NCBI GenBank assembly: GCA_036172245.1
Contig: JAYWIR010000003.1
Location: forward strand, 7,254,001 to 7,318,000
Reading direction: 5' to 3'
DNA length: 64,000 nucleotides
From: Raillietiella orientalis
Lineage: Eukaryota
Shown here piece after piece: positions 14,000 through 24,899 of this stretch. The first letter of the stretch is position 1, and each line of letters begins with the position of its first letter. A model generated the notes under the pieces. That model was not told the origin of the DNA, did not search any database, and was given only the letters and a program-made list of their open reading frames with translations. The position numbers and the translations under genes are program-made.

Positions 14000-15070
14000 C
14001 CGGGGTTTCCTTTGCAACCGAGCCGGTTAAGGAGCTGGATGGGGGAGGATCCGAGACGACGCAGCCTCCTGCCGTGCGGGCATGGTGCACGAGGTGCAGC
14101 CAAGATCTCCTGTGCAGGAGACGTAGGGAAACCGTGGGGTCAAATTCCTAACGGCTACGTTAACAGCCCTTACGACGAGTGCGGCGGCACAAGTCGAGGG
14201 GCTACCCTGAGTTGGCACCTGCCGACCAGGAGATTCCTCGAACGGGCTTGAAAGCTGCACGCAGATCTGGCGCTGTGGAGCAAAGGAGGTCGACGTTGCT
14301 TGCCCCTGCAAACAAGCATCAAGGGGGGATGCAGAATAGAAAAAAGAGAACCGATGCTGAGGACTGGTCTCCCTCTTCGTCTCTGGAAAGCAACGCTCGC
14401 CCTCCGTGGGCAAAGCCTGGAAGAAGCGTCTTGGAATTTCTTCAAAGGGCACCCTAAGGAAGTTCCAAGAGTCCGGCACTGCAGGAAGGGTCGAAGAGGC
14501 TTCGAATTTATCTTCAAGACCGTTCTGGAACAGAAGGGATCCCGACCTTTGCTGATAGTCGTTTCTGGCAGCATGCAGGGGGTTCTCAGCTCCCGAGGCA
14601 ACCACTATCGGGCTGGCCCGGAGGTGTGGAAGGGAACACCGGCAGATTATCGGCGGGTCCGTGCGTCCGCGGTGCTTCAGACGAAAACATCGGCGCGCTT
14701 GCCACGCGGAGGGTGAAGGTCGCGGGCGGGTAGGAAGCCTCCCGCCGACTTCGGACAGTACCGCTGCAAGAGGGTCACAGATTGTGACCCCTGCTGCCTC
14801 GAGGGAAGAACTCTGAGCGCGAGTGTGGCCCCGAAGAAGTGGGACGCACTCATTCCTTCCCGCTGGGAGCTAGCAAGGGCAGCTTGCAGTCGAAGCCAAC
14901 CGAGAGGGAAGGCCGTCGCTCTGCTCTTGAAACTACTGGTGAGCAGCAGGAGTTCTCGAACGGCTCTGCGGCTCCTGGAGAGAGGCAGAAGCTCTCTCGA
15001 GCGGGGTGAGAGCTTTTTCCGAACAGGCAGGAATCGAGAACTCCTGGCCAGCAGCGTCATTTCACAAAAT
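14000..15070 (-). mobile_element. Decayed non-LTR APE endonuclease remnant
   Basis: Ordered weak motifs: LRLQAA (cf. CLQET), SQSVTLL (cf. SRGVAIL), VASGAEN (cf. IGGDFN), PDSW (cf. L.D.WR). Confidence 0.3.
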
Positions 15071-16106
15071 CGGGAAAATTCTTGAGGGGTCTACGAAAGC
15101 ACCACTGATGAGCCTCCTCTCACCAAGTGGCCGCTCTTCCGGTGGAATGCCACCGCCACCGCAGTCGCCTCCAAGCCTCGCTCACCGGAAACTAAAATCT
15201 CCGTGCAGAAAGTTAGAAAGGACAAGAGGAGGAGGAAGGGTCACTGGTCCTTGGGTTCGAATGGTGGCAGTCGTTCAGGCGCTTCGGCAAGTCCGCAGTC
15301 ATTGAAAGCGCTGAAATCCTCATCTCGTTATCCGGCTCCGAGTGTGCGGCATCTTCGAATCCACGCATCCCCAGGCACCTGATGGGATTCTTCGCTTCCG
15401 CACCCCCATTGCTTGCGATTCATCCATGCAAATTCTTCTGCGGGGTGGAGGAACTGGATACTTTTCCGTCTGAGGCTTCTGCCTCTGCGTACGACCAGCA
15501 TGGCGAGAAGCACCTGACTATTGGAACAAACGATTTTTCTTGTGAGGGGAAGGAGCAAACAGAGAAAAGGGGGAAAGGGGAGGACGGGGAGCTGGAAACC
15601 TGACAAACTGTTTGGAGTCGCTGATCTCAACGAAACAGTGTTACGGAGCTTCGAGGCAGGGAAGAATCTCGAAAGCCTTTCAAGATAAAACTGGAAGTGT
15701 GCCTGGGCGATTTTATTAAACAGACATGCAGCTTCTTCTTCCTTTTTTTTTTTTTTTGCCTTTTCCAGGTCGCTGTTGCGTCTTTCGGCGCTCTTAGCGA
15801 CAGCAATCGTGGGGTTCGAACTCACTGCGCTTGAACGACAGTGGGTTGGAACCCCAAGGAATAGTCGCTCGCCTTTCGAGTGTCCGAGGCGAGGTGTTTC
15901 AAAAGAGCAAAGCCCGTGAAACCTGGTGACACACGTAGATATTCAGTGAAAGAGCTCCTTTCAATAGTTGCCGAGGGAACAGAAATCACCTCGGCTTCCA
16001 CGCTTCCGATCGACCTGACGTTTCAAAAGAGCCGTCGGCGTTACTTTTGGCAGAGGGCTTATGATAATGACCAGAGCCCGTCGGCCACCTTCCTTCCTTG
16101 CCTTCA

Positions 16107-16625
16107 CCCTCTCCCCAGGTTCCTCGCGCGAGGGAACCTCTCTGTGACTGACGAAAAGGGGTCATCACGCACGTCCGGATCACCCCGAGTGCAGGAACAG
16201 ATCTGTTCGTGGGGAGGAGGCGCAGCGGGCAGGGCACGATCGCTCACCACTTGCGATTGGTCCATCCTTCGCTCGGTCAGCATGCACATCCATTTCCTCC
16301 CCGGGAGCACCAGCCCGAGGCAAAAAAATAGGGAGGGGAAGAGGTCAGCCACAACGGAGGGGTCGGGACCGGAATGGCGCCGCCTAAATCAGGGAGGAAC
16401 GCGAGCCGTGGACCTTCGAAGCTGCGCGACCTCGCCACGGAAACGGACGACGGGAATCCACTGGCTACTGGCAGCCTGCCGAGCGTTTCGCTCGCGCCAA
16501 CGGGATTGCCGGATGCAGATCGCGCGCGTTCACGTGGCACGGCGTGGACGGGCGTGGTGGGTGAGGAACAACATCGGTCCACACACAAACACACGCATGC
16601 ACGCACCTATTTGGTTTTTTTTTTC
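16107..16625 (+). repeat. 519-bp direct repeat, copy 2 (identical to 5676-6194)
   Basis: Same sequence from ccctctccccagg through tggT10c. Confidence 0.95.
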
Positions 16626-17099
16626 CCATCTTGCCGTCAGAGGAACCGATGGTGAATTTCTTCTGCAGAAAAACTGCTGTTTCGTTGATTCACAACAATA
16701 AAAGCCTAAAGACAACACCAAATGAGGCTGGAAGATGAGAGAGATGAGCACCGGAGGTAAAGCAGAGAAGCTAAAGCTCACGTGCCCATGATGAAAGTTG
16801 GAATCACAATTTCGCGATGCCCGGGGCGTTCTGTTTGATTCCGAGGACGACTTGGACCTCTAGGTGTCACGCCGAGAGGAATTCTGAGCTGGGGTGAGCT
16901 GCTCGCGATGCCTCCGGAGGAAGTGTAGTGGCCCTATAGCGTTCTGGAGCAGTGGCACCCTCCCCCTCGAGTGGTCGGGAGTCGGCGTTGCTGGTAGTGC
17001 ATGAGGGAATCCCCTGTGCAAAGCTCGCCTTCATCACCGGACAAGGGGAAGCGTGGACGCTCAGTGCAGCAGGTGCGGGAAGAAAGAGACTCTCCCGCA

Positions 17100-18335
17100 T
17101 TTGCTGTTCGATTGTGCTGCACTCCGACCCCTTGTTATCTCCTCTCGACAACCCTAGGAACCTCGGTTGGCGGCCCCAGGGACATTTTCAGACGTCTTCG
17201 TATGTGGTGCCGCACTGCCTCCAGCAACGTCCCTCTTGGTTCTCTGCGATCTTCGCAGGATCACGACAGCCTGAAACTCCAAGAAAACGCCATCCACCGA
17301 GCGGTAATATTCTCTGTCTCCGTCGAGGCCCCAACGCTCGACAGCCCCTGCAGGAGATCATCTGCAACCCGCGGAAGTTTCTGTGGGCTTCTTTCACCCC
17401 CCTTGCCCCCGTTCTATCCTCCCTGAAGAACATTAGGAACAGGAACGAGCGAGCATCGTGGGAAGTGTCCTGCCTCATCCGAGGCAGGAGAAAACCAGTA
17501 AAGGCGTGGACGACTCGGGAGCAAGCGGACGCTGCGACCCCGAGCGTGACGCCTCAAGGACTTGAGCGCTGGGGAGAGCTGCTCGCAGTTCCTCTGGAGG
17601 AGGTGAAGTGGCCCCCAGCGTGTTAGGATAGCGGCACCCTTCCGTTGAAGTGGCAGGAGACGGCGTTGCTCTATCTGCATTGGGAACTTTTAAGCAGAGC
17701 ACGCCTGTCTCACTGGACACTGGGGAACGTGGATGCCCGCTGCGTCGAGTGCGGTGAAAGGGAAACCTTCCCGCATCTTACATTCGAGTGTGTGCCCTTG
17801 GTTGGACTTTGGAGTCGGGCCCAATCCTCCTTCTTCCAGTAGGCGACCCTAAGATCATTTACCGACGCCTCTTTCTGAGTGACGGCCTACGCCCCGCTGC
17901 GTCTCTAGCAGTCCTCTGCTGCGTGCGCGGCATCGTGCAAAGGTGGAACGCAAGAAGAAGAGGCCAAATATGCAGGGACGCCATCCACTGGACGACGATC
18001 TCTTTGGAGACAACGACAAGGTGGCGTCTACCACATACAATGAAAGCAGAACTTGTCAGCATCCTGAATAGGATGCAGACAAGTGATCCCGCCCAGTGAT
18101 CCCCTCCCTGCCCTCCACTCCCCCATATAACTATTCCCCTCCCCGTTATTTCTCTTTTTGTTTCTTTCCGTTTCAGTTTCCTCTTCCCCTGATCCTAGGG
18201 AGAGGACCTCGCCGGTCTCAGCACCGGCTCACGACAAGTCCTCCAGCGTGGGAGAACCAAGTGTTCCTCCACGAAAAACAATTTAATTTTGTAAAAAATT
18301 AGAATAATAAATGCCCCGGCATATCCGGGTGATAA
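17100..18335 (+). mobile_element. L1/Tx1-like non-LTR retrotransposon, 5'-truncated decayed copy
   Basis: Reads RQPLQEIICNPRKFLWASFT and RARLSHWTLGNVDARCVECGERETFPHLTFEC, with C-terminus ...RWRLPHTMKAELVSILNRMQ*. Followed by a pyrimidine tract and the family 3' module ending aataaatgccccggcatatccgggtg (18306-18331). Confidence 0.8.
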
Positions 18336-18339
18336 ATAT

Positions 18340-18685
18340 TCTTGAAGATCACCTCGAGTTGGCCCCGCCTGGGTAACCTCCGGACAGAACTCGCCAGTAT
18401 CCTGAACAGGATGCTGGGGGACGTTTCCCAGCAAAACGCGATCCCATTCTACTCTCTAAGAAAACTTTTTTTCCCGTTTTTCTCTTTTTGTTTGATTCTT
18501 TTTTTTTTTTGGTTTTCTCTTCCCCGTAGCAGTGGGAACGGACCTCGCCGGTCTACGTACCGCTCATGCCGAGTTCCGAGCACGTGGTACAACCAAGTGT
18601 GTCACCATCCTGAACATTTTTAGTGCACTTTTATTATTATTACTATTTAATGAGAAATGTCCTGGAAAAACCGGATGGAGAACTT
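18340..18685 (+). mobile_element. Short 3' fragment of the Tx1-like family, tandem to the previous copy
   Basis: SWPRLGNLRTELASILNRM matches the family C-terminus. Followed by a T tract, the ggacctcgccggtct module and the end aaatgtcctgg...ccggatg. Confidence 0.65.
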
Positions 18686-19444
18686 GGATTCCTGTCGTCC
18701 GTGTTCTGGATAGCCAATGGAACATCGACCAGCAGCGTCCTTGCGATGGCAGCTCAGCGTTCGCCACCACTCGCGTCTTCGGTCCCTCTGCCACGGAAAA
18801 TTTTTTACGTCTGATCCCCCAGGAGCGGTCCACTCTCCTCCTGCTAGCGTGCCGCCGCAGCCCGAAGATCAGAGCCTTCGTAGCGCCATGCCGCTGCTGA
18901 TGGCGTTGCGCCACTCGTGCCACGGTGAACACACCAGGTGTGGTTTGGTTCTCAGAGTCGACGCGTCTTCGCTTCTCTTTCGTCGGCGGCGCAGAAGTTC
19001 GAAATGGCGGAAACACAGCGCCGCCCGGGAAACGAATTCCTGGCCGGGAAAGTGGAGACCGCCCTGAGAGTGTCCGGAGAAAATACAAAGCAAACAGTTG
19101 GTGCACGAAATCAAAAGTGGAAGCATCTCGGGAAATTTCACAAGGCTCTCGCACAGCTGCACACGTCCGGGAGTTCAAATGATGCCATTCAATTCCCATA
19201 ATGCAGAGGGGGAAACTGTCGAATAAGAACCAAAAGGCTTCCTCGTTTGTTTTCTATTCTTCTACACTGTCTTCTTTTGCTTCGATCGCTGTCCATTTGC
19301 TCGAGGAGACTCAAGATCTCTACAATGGTAACAACCCACGGGGGAAGGAGGGCTTTCCTTTTTAAAGGCCAGTAGCGACCTCACGGGGAAATCGTTGCCA
19401 TTGTCCTGGGATGACGGGAATCTTTCGAGGTTCTCCTCTCGACA

Positions 19445-20080
19445 CATCCTCTGTTTCTCTGCTCTTTTCTTCTTTCCGGCTTCGAGCCTTTCTTTTTCTT
19501 CTCTTTGATTAGCAAAGTGCTGAAGAACCGTTCGCCTGGCGACTCAAGAAGCTCTTTAACGCTACCCCACACCACCCGAGGGTGAGTGTGTAACTCTTCA
19601 AAGGTTAGGGAGTAACCCCTGAGAAATCACCCCATGAATCCAGGAAGGCTCCGGAGGAAGCCTTCATAGAGTGAAGCCGTTCCTCTTAAGCGTGGCAGGG
19701 AACCCGAAGGGAACCTCCGTCCTGGTTGTCTCCGAAGGGAACTCTTCCCCATTCTCTCCGGAGGGACCCCCCGGAGGGAAACACTCCTTGTTTCTTACCC
19801 AGAGGAACTCCGGAAACGATCCGCTCCTTGTCACTCCTCTAAGGACCCCGGAGAACCCTGGAGTGACGCTTCCGAATTTCCCTGAAGGGTACAGCGTGCT
19901 CCTACACTCTGGAGAGGCAACCAGCTCCTCGACTCCTGGAAGGATCCTGGAGGGCCAACTTCAAAACCCTGATCACTCAAGGGGGACATCCGGTTTCCTG
20001 CTTCCACCAGTAGTGCTGCACCCGAATACAAGCCAACCAGAGTCATCTTGCGGAGGAGCTCGGAACCCGTTTCTCGGAGT
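19445..20080 (+). mobile_element. Probable 5' end (pyrimidine-rich leader + ORF1 start) of a Tx1-like element
   Basis: Starts cctctgtttctct, contains gtgctgaagaaccgttc and ATGAATCCAGGAAGG (MNPGR) at ~19635. Homologous to 23750-23115 (-) and 46520-45955 (-). Confidence 0.6.
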
Positions 20081-20249
20081 CGATCCTTCCCCTGCAGAGA
20101 TTCGAACCCGCAGCGTCTGCTGCCACCCTCGAAGGCAGATGATTTTTCGGAGGGTGAGCGTGAACGAGTTCCACGCTGTAAGCTAAGATGGGGGGACGTA
20201 GAATACTTGCACCTTTTGCTCTAGGCGGAATGTGGGTTCACTGTTTACT

Positions 20250-21290
20250 GGATTCTCACCAGGGTGCGCCGGGGCATTCATTCCATATAGAAAAAATCAA
20301 GTCTGCGTGGTTGGACCAGTAGTCCAACCACGTGCAATTTTCCGGGAGCCTGCCTGGTTACCGGTACGCAGACCGGTGGGAGGTCCTCCACAGCAGCAGA
20401 GGGGAGGATGCGACAAAAGGAAAAGGAAACAAAAATAAAAATGAATCAATAAACTTTGAGGGTGAGGTGGGATGCGGGAAGGGGTCATGTCCTGCTGGGG
20501 GCACACTCCCGGGATTGCCGGGTTTAGATCGCGCGCGTCCACGCGGCACGGCATGGACCGTCATGGTGGGTGAGGAACGCCGCAGGCCACACACACACAT
20601 ACACACTCTGCATCCTCTGCAGGATGCCGGCAAGCTCTTGCTGCATAGAGTCCTTCAGCTGGGGCCATCTTGCTGCCATCCTCATGAAGGGAACGGCGAA
20701 GTGGATGTGGCACCCCTGCCTTTTGCGTTGCTCCAGGCAGAGAAGATCCCGCATAGGCAGCAGAGAGCTGATGGATCCGCCAGATCGAAGCAGGTGAAGC
20801 CGCCGCTCTTCCGGTCTGACCGTACCGATTTCAGACGAAAATCAGGACATCACATGACCACTACGGGGACCTCACAGGAGGACGCTTTGCACGTTGGATG
20901 GCGATTCCTGGAAAGGCTCGTGGGGGAGTAGATCAGGGAAGCCATTCACTCCACGATGCTTGAGGACGGCGCGCTTCATTCCGCGGCTGAAAGATTAGCG
21001 TCGGCCCTCAGGGGACCCACGACCTCCCCGTGCCTCCCATCCAACGCAGCCGTCAGGGATGCTTTCGTGCTCCTTGGTGTCTCGAACGCACGACCTTTGC
21101 TTCAACACTCTTGCCGGCAGCAGTGCTCTGGCAGAGAAATGCGATTTCGTGGACCACGTCACTCCCGGAAACCCAGGAGGAAAGCATCTTCCGTATTGAA
21201 ACCGGGGAGACCGGGAATCACAAGACGAGGTGTCCCTCGACTGGAATCGATTTCGCGTCCCGTGACTACGAAAATGCCTTCCCCCCGCTG
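20250..21290 (-). mobile_element. Tx1-like 3' fragment, interrupted by a short RTE-like insertion
   Basis: IHFAVPFMRMAARWPQLKDSMQQELAGILQRM matches the family C-terminus. The 3' module lies at 20400-20255. The boundary near 21290 is uncertain. Confidence 0.65.
20509..20601 (+). mobile_element. 93-bp 3' fragment of an RTE-like LINE/SINE with (CA)n tail and 7-bp target-site duplication
   Basis: Flanked by CACACTC at 20502-20508 and 20602-20608. Homologous to 6071-6170 and 16502-16601. Absent at the equivalent position of the sister Tx1-like copy (~22160-22175). Confidence 0.75.
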
Positions 21291-21909
21291 AAAAATTCAA
21301 CTTCCCGTCCACGAATGGAGCGTCCACATACCTTCCGAGACATATAAGCGCATCATTAATTATCTGCTAAGAAGATATGTTCATTCGAATTCCTCACTTA
21401 GCAGTAACAGATTGTCCCGGCTGCATCGATCCGCGGCATAGGTTATTTCGCGCAACCCAACACTTAAGCATCCGTCCTGCAGCGATGCGCGGGCAGGGTG
21501 CGAGGTGCTTCCCCGTGTAAATTAAGGGAGGGGGCAGCCGGAGGAAGACGGCACGGAGCCTCGCCAGGAATTCGAGATCGATCGAGCACGTCCTGTCTGC
21601 GTTCGGACCGACGTTCCTCTTCGGAACTCTTGGGGAGCGGTCCTCGCTACTTCCCGTGGGACCCGATGGTGAGCATTTCCGAGACGCCGGATGAACTCCC
21701 AGGCTCGCCCCGCGTATGGAAGATTCGTACAAATGTGCTGTAGGAGAACGAGGTGGGGGAGGAAGCGTTATCTGAGCCGGGTAGGGAAAGCAAGGTTTCG
21801 ACCAAGGGGAAGGATCGACCACGCCAAAGAAATGGGGTGTGTGTCGATGGGTTTCGAGTTCCTTTCGCAAGATGGAGCTGGTAGGCCTGTATTCAGGTGG
21901 GGTGGCACT

Positions 21910-23750
21910 AGTTGCAACCCGATCACTCCGGGGCATTTATTTATAAAAAAATAAACATCCACGTCTGTGGCAGGACGTTTGATCCTGCCACGTTACTTAT
22001 AACTACGAGAAGGAACCTGCCGGGAACTGGCACGCAGGCCAGCGAGGTTTGCCTTGGCAGGGGAAGAAGAGACAAAGAAAAACAAAAAAAAAATTAGACA
22101 AAAAACATACAGTCAAAAAAAATGTGGAGAGATGGGGTTGAGAAGGGATCACTGCGTGCTGGAGGGCATCCTCTGCATCCTTGCAAAGATGCCGGCAAGT
22201 CCCTGTTTCCACACTTCCAGATGGGGCCATCTTGACGCCATCCTCATGAAGAGGACGAGAAAATAGATGGCGTCCCTGTCGCTCTGGATTCCTCTGGAGT
22301 TGCTCCATGCAGCCATGGTCCCGCCGCGCGGGCAGCAAAGTGTTGCTGGGGATGCGGCCGGCTTAGGGCGCCGCGCAAGAAGAGACGCTTTCAAACATTT
22401 CTGGCACTGCCGCCGGCGGTTCCAAGGGTCGCGACAAAGAGTTCATGAAGGGGTCAGAGGTTAGTGCAGTCTACTAGGAGGTGTGGGAGGAATTCCAGCT
22501 CCCCGCACCTTGCACAGTTTGGGCCCAGCCCTCTACCCCGTGTTCAATGATGCCGTCGGGCGTTGCATGGGAGGTCCCAGGGCGGCAGCATCAACGCCGA
22601 CTCCTGCCACTTCAAGGGGAGCGTGCAGGTGTTTATGACCGCCGGAGGCCACTACAACTCCTCCTCTGGGATACCCAGTAACACGCCCAAGCGCAAAAGT
22701 CCACGAGGTCGAGCACTCGGGGTCGCAGCGTCGGTGAGCTGGCCCGTTGTCCACCTGCCCAGTCCTTTTCTTCTTCCGGAGATTCCCATCTAGTCTTGAG
22801 ACTGCTGCCCATGTGTTCCCTGAGGGGGGGGGGGGCAACGCGGCAGCGAGAGAGGCTCTGTCCGCCCACGCACTCTTCTCGGGATCTTCCAGGATCTCCC
22901 GGAGGGTGCAGACAAAAAGTTTCAGTTGTTGTTACGCGCGTACAAGAAACGTCGCACCCGTTCCGCGCTTGGCTCCTGGGTCCTCGCCCTCGTGCAAACG
23001 GTTCCCTGCAACCAGGCGCTACCGTTCTCGGGTCGGCACGAGATCCATGAGTTCTCCCTGGACAGCACGGCCGCCTACCGCGGGTGCAGTCCGCAGTAGA
23101 TAAGACTGCGTGGACGGCGTGCAAGGGAGGCACTGGTGGAGGCTGGAAACCTCCGGATGGCCCCCCATTGACTGGCTGGGATTAAAAGTGGACCCCCTGA
23201 AGTCGTACCAGGAATTGAGTAGTCCTTTGGGGATCACTACCCGTCGTGCAAGTGGAGCTGGTTGATGCCCCCCTAGGGGGTTGCCCTTCGAGAGTGACAA
23301 GAAGCACGCTGCTTCCTCCGGGGAACGCCCTTCAGAGAAATTTGGGAGCGTCCCTTCGGGGTTCTCTTCGGAGGAGGAGTAACAAGGAGCGGTTCCCTTG
23401 TGGGTTGCCTTCCGGAGAAAAAATTCCAGGAGCGAATCCTTTCCGGGGTTCCTGCGTGGAAGAAATGAGGAGCGTTCCCCTTCGGGGGTTCCCTTCGGAG
23501 ACAACCAGGATAGAGAGCTTCCTCCCCAAGCGTGAGAGAAACGGACTCCTTCCTCTGGGACCTTCCTGGATTCATAGGGTGGTTCCTCCGAGGTTATCCC
23601 CTGTGGCCTTGAAGAGTTAAAACGCGCCCTCCGGCGGCGTGGACAGCGCTGAAGCGTTTCGTGAGGCGCCAGGAGGACGGTTCTTTAGCACTTTGCGAAT
23701 CAGAGAGAAGACGAAGAAAGCTGGAAAGGAAACAGAGAAACAGAGGGGAA
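21910..23750 (-). mobile_element. Tx1-like copy carrying the shared ~600-bp 5' block next to the ORF2 C-terminus/3' UTR (apparent internal deletion)
   Basis: 23750-23115 is homologous to 19445-20030 and 46520-45955 (all contain ATG AAY CCA GGA A, MNPG[RK]). 22330-22149 encodes DRDAIYFLVLFMRMASRWPHLEVWKQGLAGIFARMQ. The 3' module lies at 22065-21912. Confidence 0.6.
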
Positions 23751-24899
23751 CCCTGAACCCTCTAAACACGCAAGAGATCACACATCTGATCTTCCCAATG
23801 CACAAAACATCCATCATCCTATCATCTTCACTCCCAGCTTACGCCCACCCGCAAGAACAGTGTAGGATGGTGATGCACTTTGTTGGGCTGAGATGTCTTA
23901 AAACGGGGAATGTAGGCAGCATCCGCTTCCGATCCAGTCGCGTAGTTCAGTGGGTGAGAGCGGACCTCAGTCGGCGCGGAAGCAACTCTGTCGGTGACGT
24001 CACCTCTGTCGGCGAGGTGCCCCTCGGCAACTCGGCCTCGACTCAGCCGACGGGCCAGTGAGGCGCACCTCTCGATGGCTCCAGTGCATGCTGCCCGCGA
24101 TGAAGCGGCATTCGAGCCTACCGGACTGCCTCGAGCGCTTGAGACCGCCAAGAGGTGGACCGAATGCGACGGAAGCGAGGCCACTGGACCTCGGGAAGGC
24201 GCTCTCGAGCCTGCAAGGCTCCAGCTCGAAGGACGCCGCCTTCCCACTTTCCTTGGCGGCGCTGGAAACGGATGGATTCTCGCCCTTCCGGTTTGGGGCT
24301 CCGGAGGCGGAACGGGCACGCAGACTGTGTCTCCTCTTCCTTCATCCCCCTCCCCCCGTACGCTGTTCCGTACGCTGCCTTCTAAGAAATCTACTTATCA
24401 GTCGGCTGCTCGCAACTAATTTCCCTTTCCCCAGCAAAGATAACTTTATTTTGTCAAGCAGAGTAAATAAGTTGCTTCTAACATGTCCTCTAAGAGCCCT
24501 TCCCAACTTTGAAGGGCCAACCCTCTCTTGGGAGGGGAAAAAAAAAAGGCCTAATAAATTTTGTCGATGCGCACTTCTTGGAGAATTCCTTCCAAGCACG
24601 CTCTCAAGAGCACTTTTTGCTCTCCGAGGGTAAAACGAGAAGTGCTGAATTCATCCGCTCGAAGATGAACTGCTCTTATTTTTGAGGTATTTGATCTCTG
24701 CATCAGGAGCAGGAAGATGGCAGAAGCACCGTCCTAACGGAGGCAAAATTGCTTCGGGTAAGCACCGCGCCACGTTATTGTGGAGAAGCCGTGATTGACC
24801 GTGGAAGAGGGAACCGCTTCCCGTCCTCCCCGCCCCCCCCCCCCTCCGGAGCACGCGGTTGCCTCGCAGCGTTCCAGAGCGTGGAGGAAAGGGGGGGGG

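Noticed and set aside
20090..20190. B-box-like GGGTTCGAATC on the minus strand (tRNA or tRNA-SINE?)
   Set aside because: No cloverleaf can be folded, the A-box is poor, and no second copy is present in the window.
21900..21945. Hairpin followed by CTAG suggesting a Helitron 3' end
   Set aside because: CTAG/CTRR is not shared by the other copies, and the upstream sequence encodes non-LTR ORF2, not Rep/helicase.
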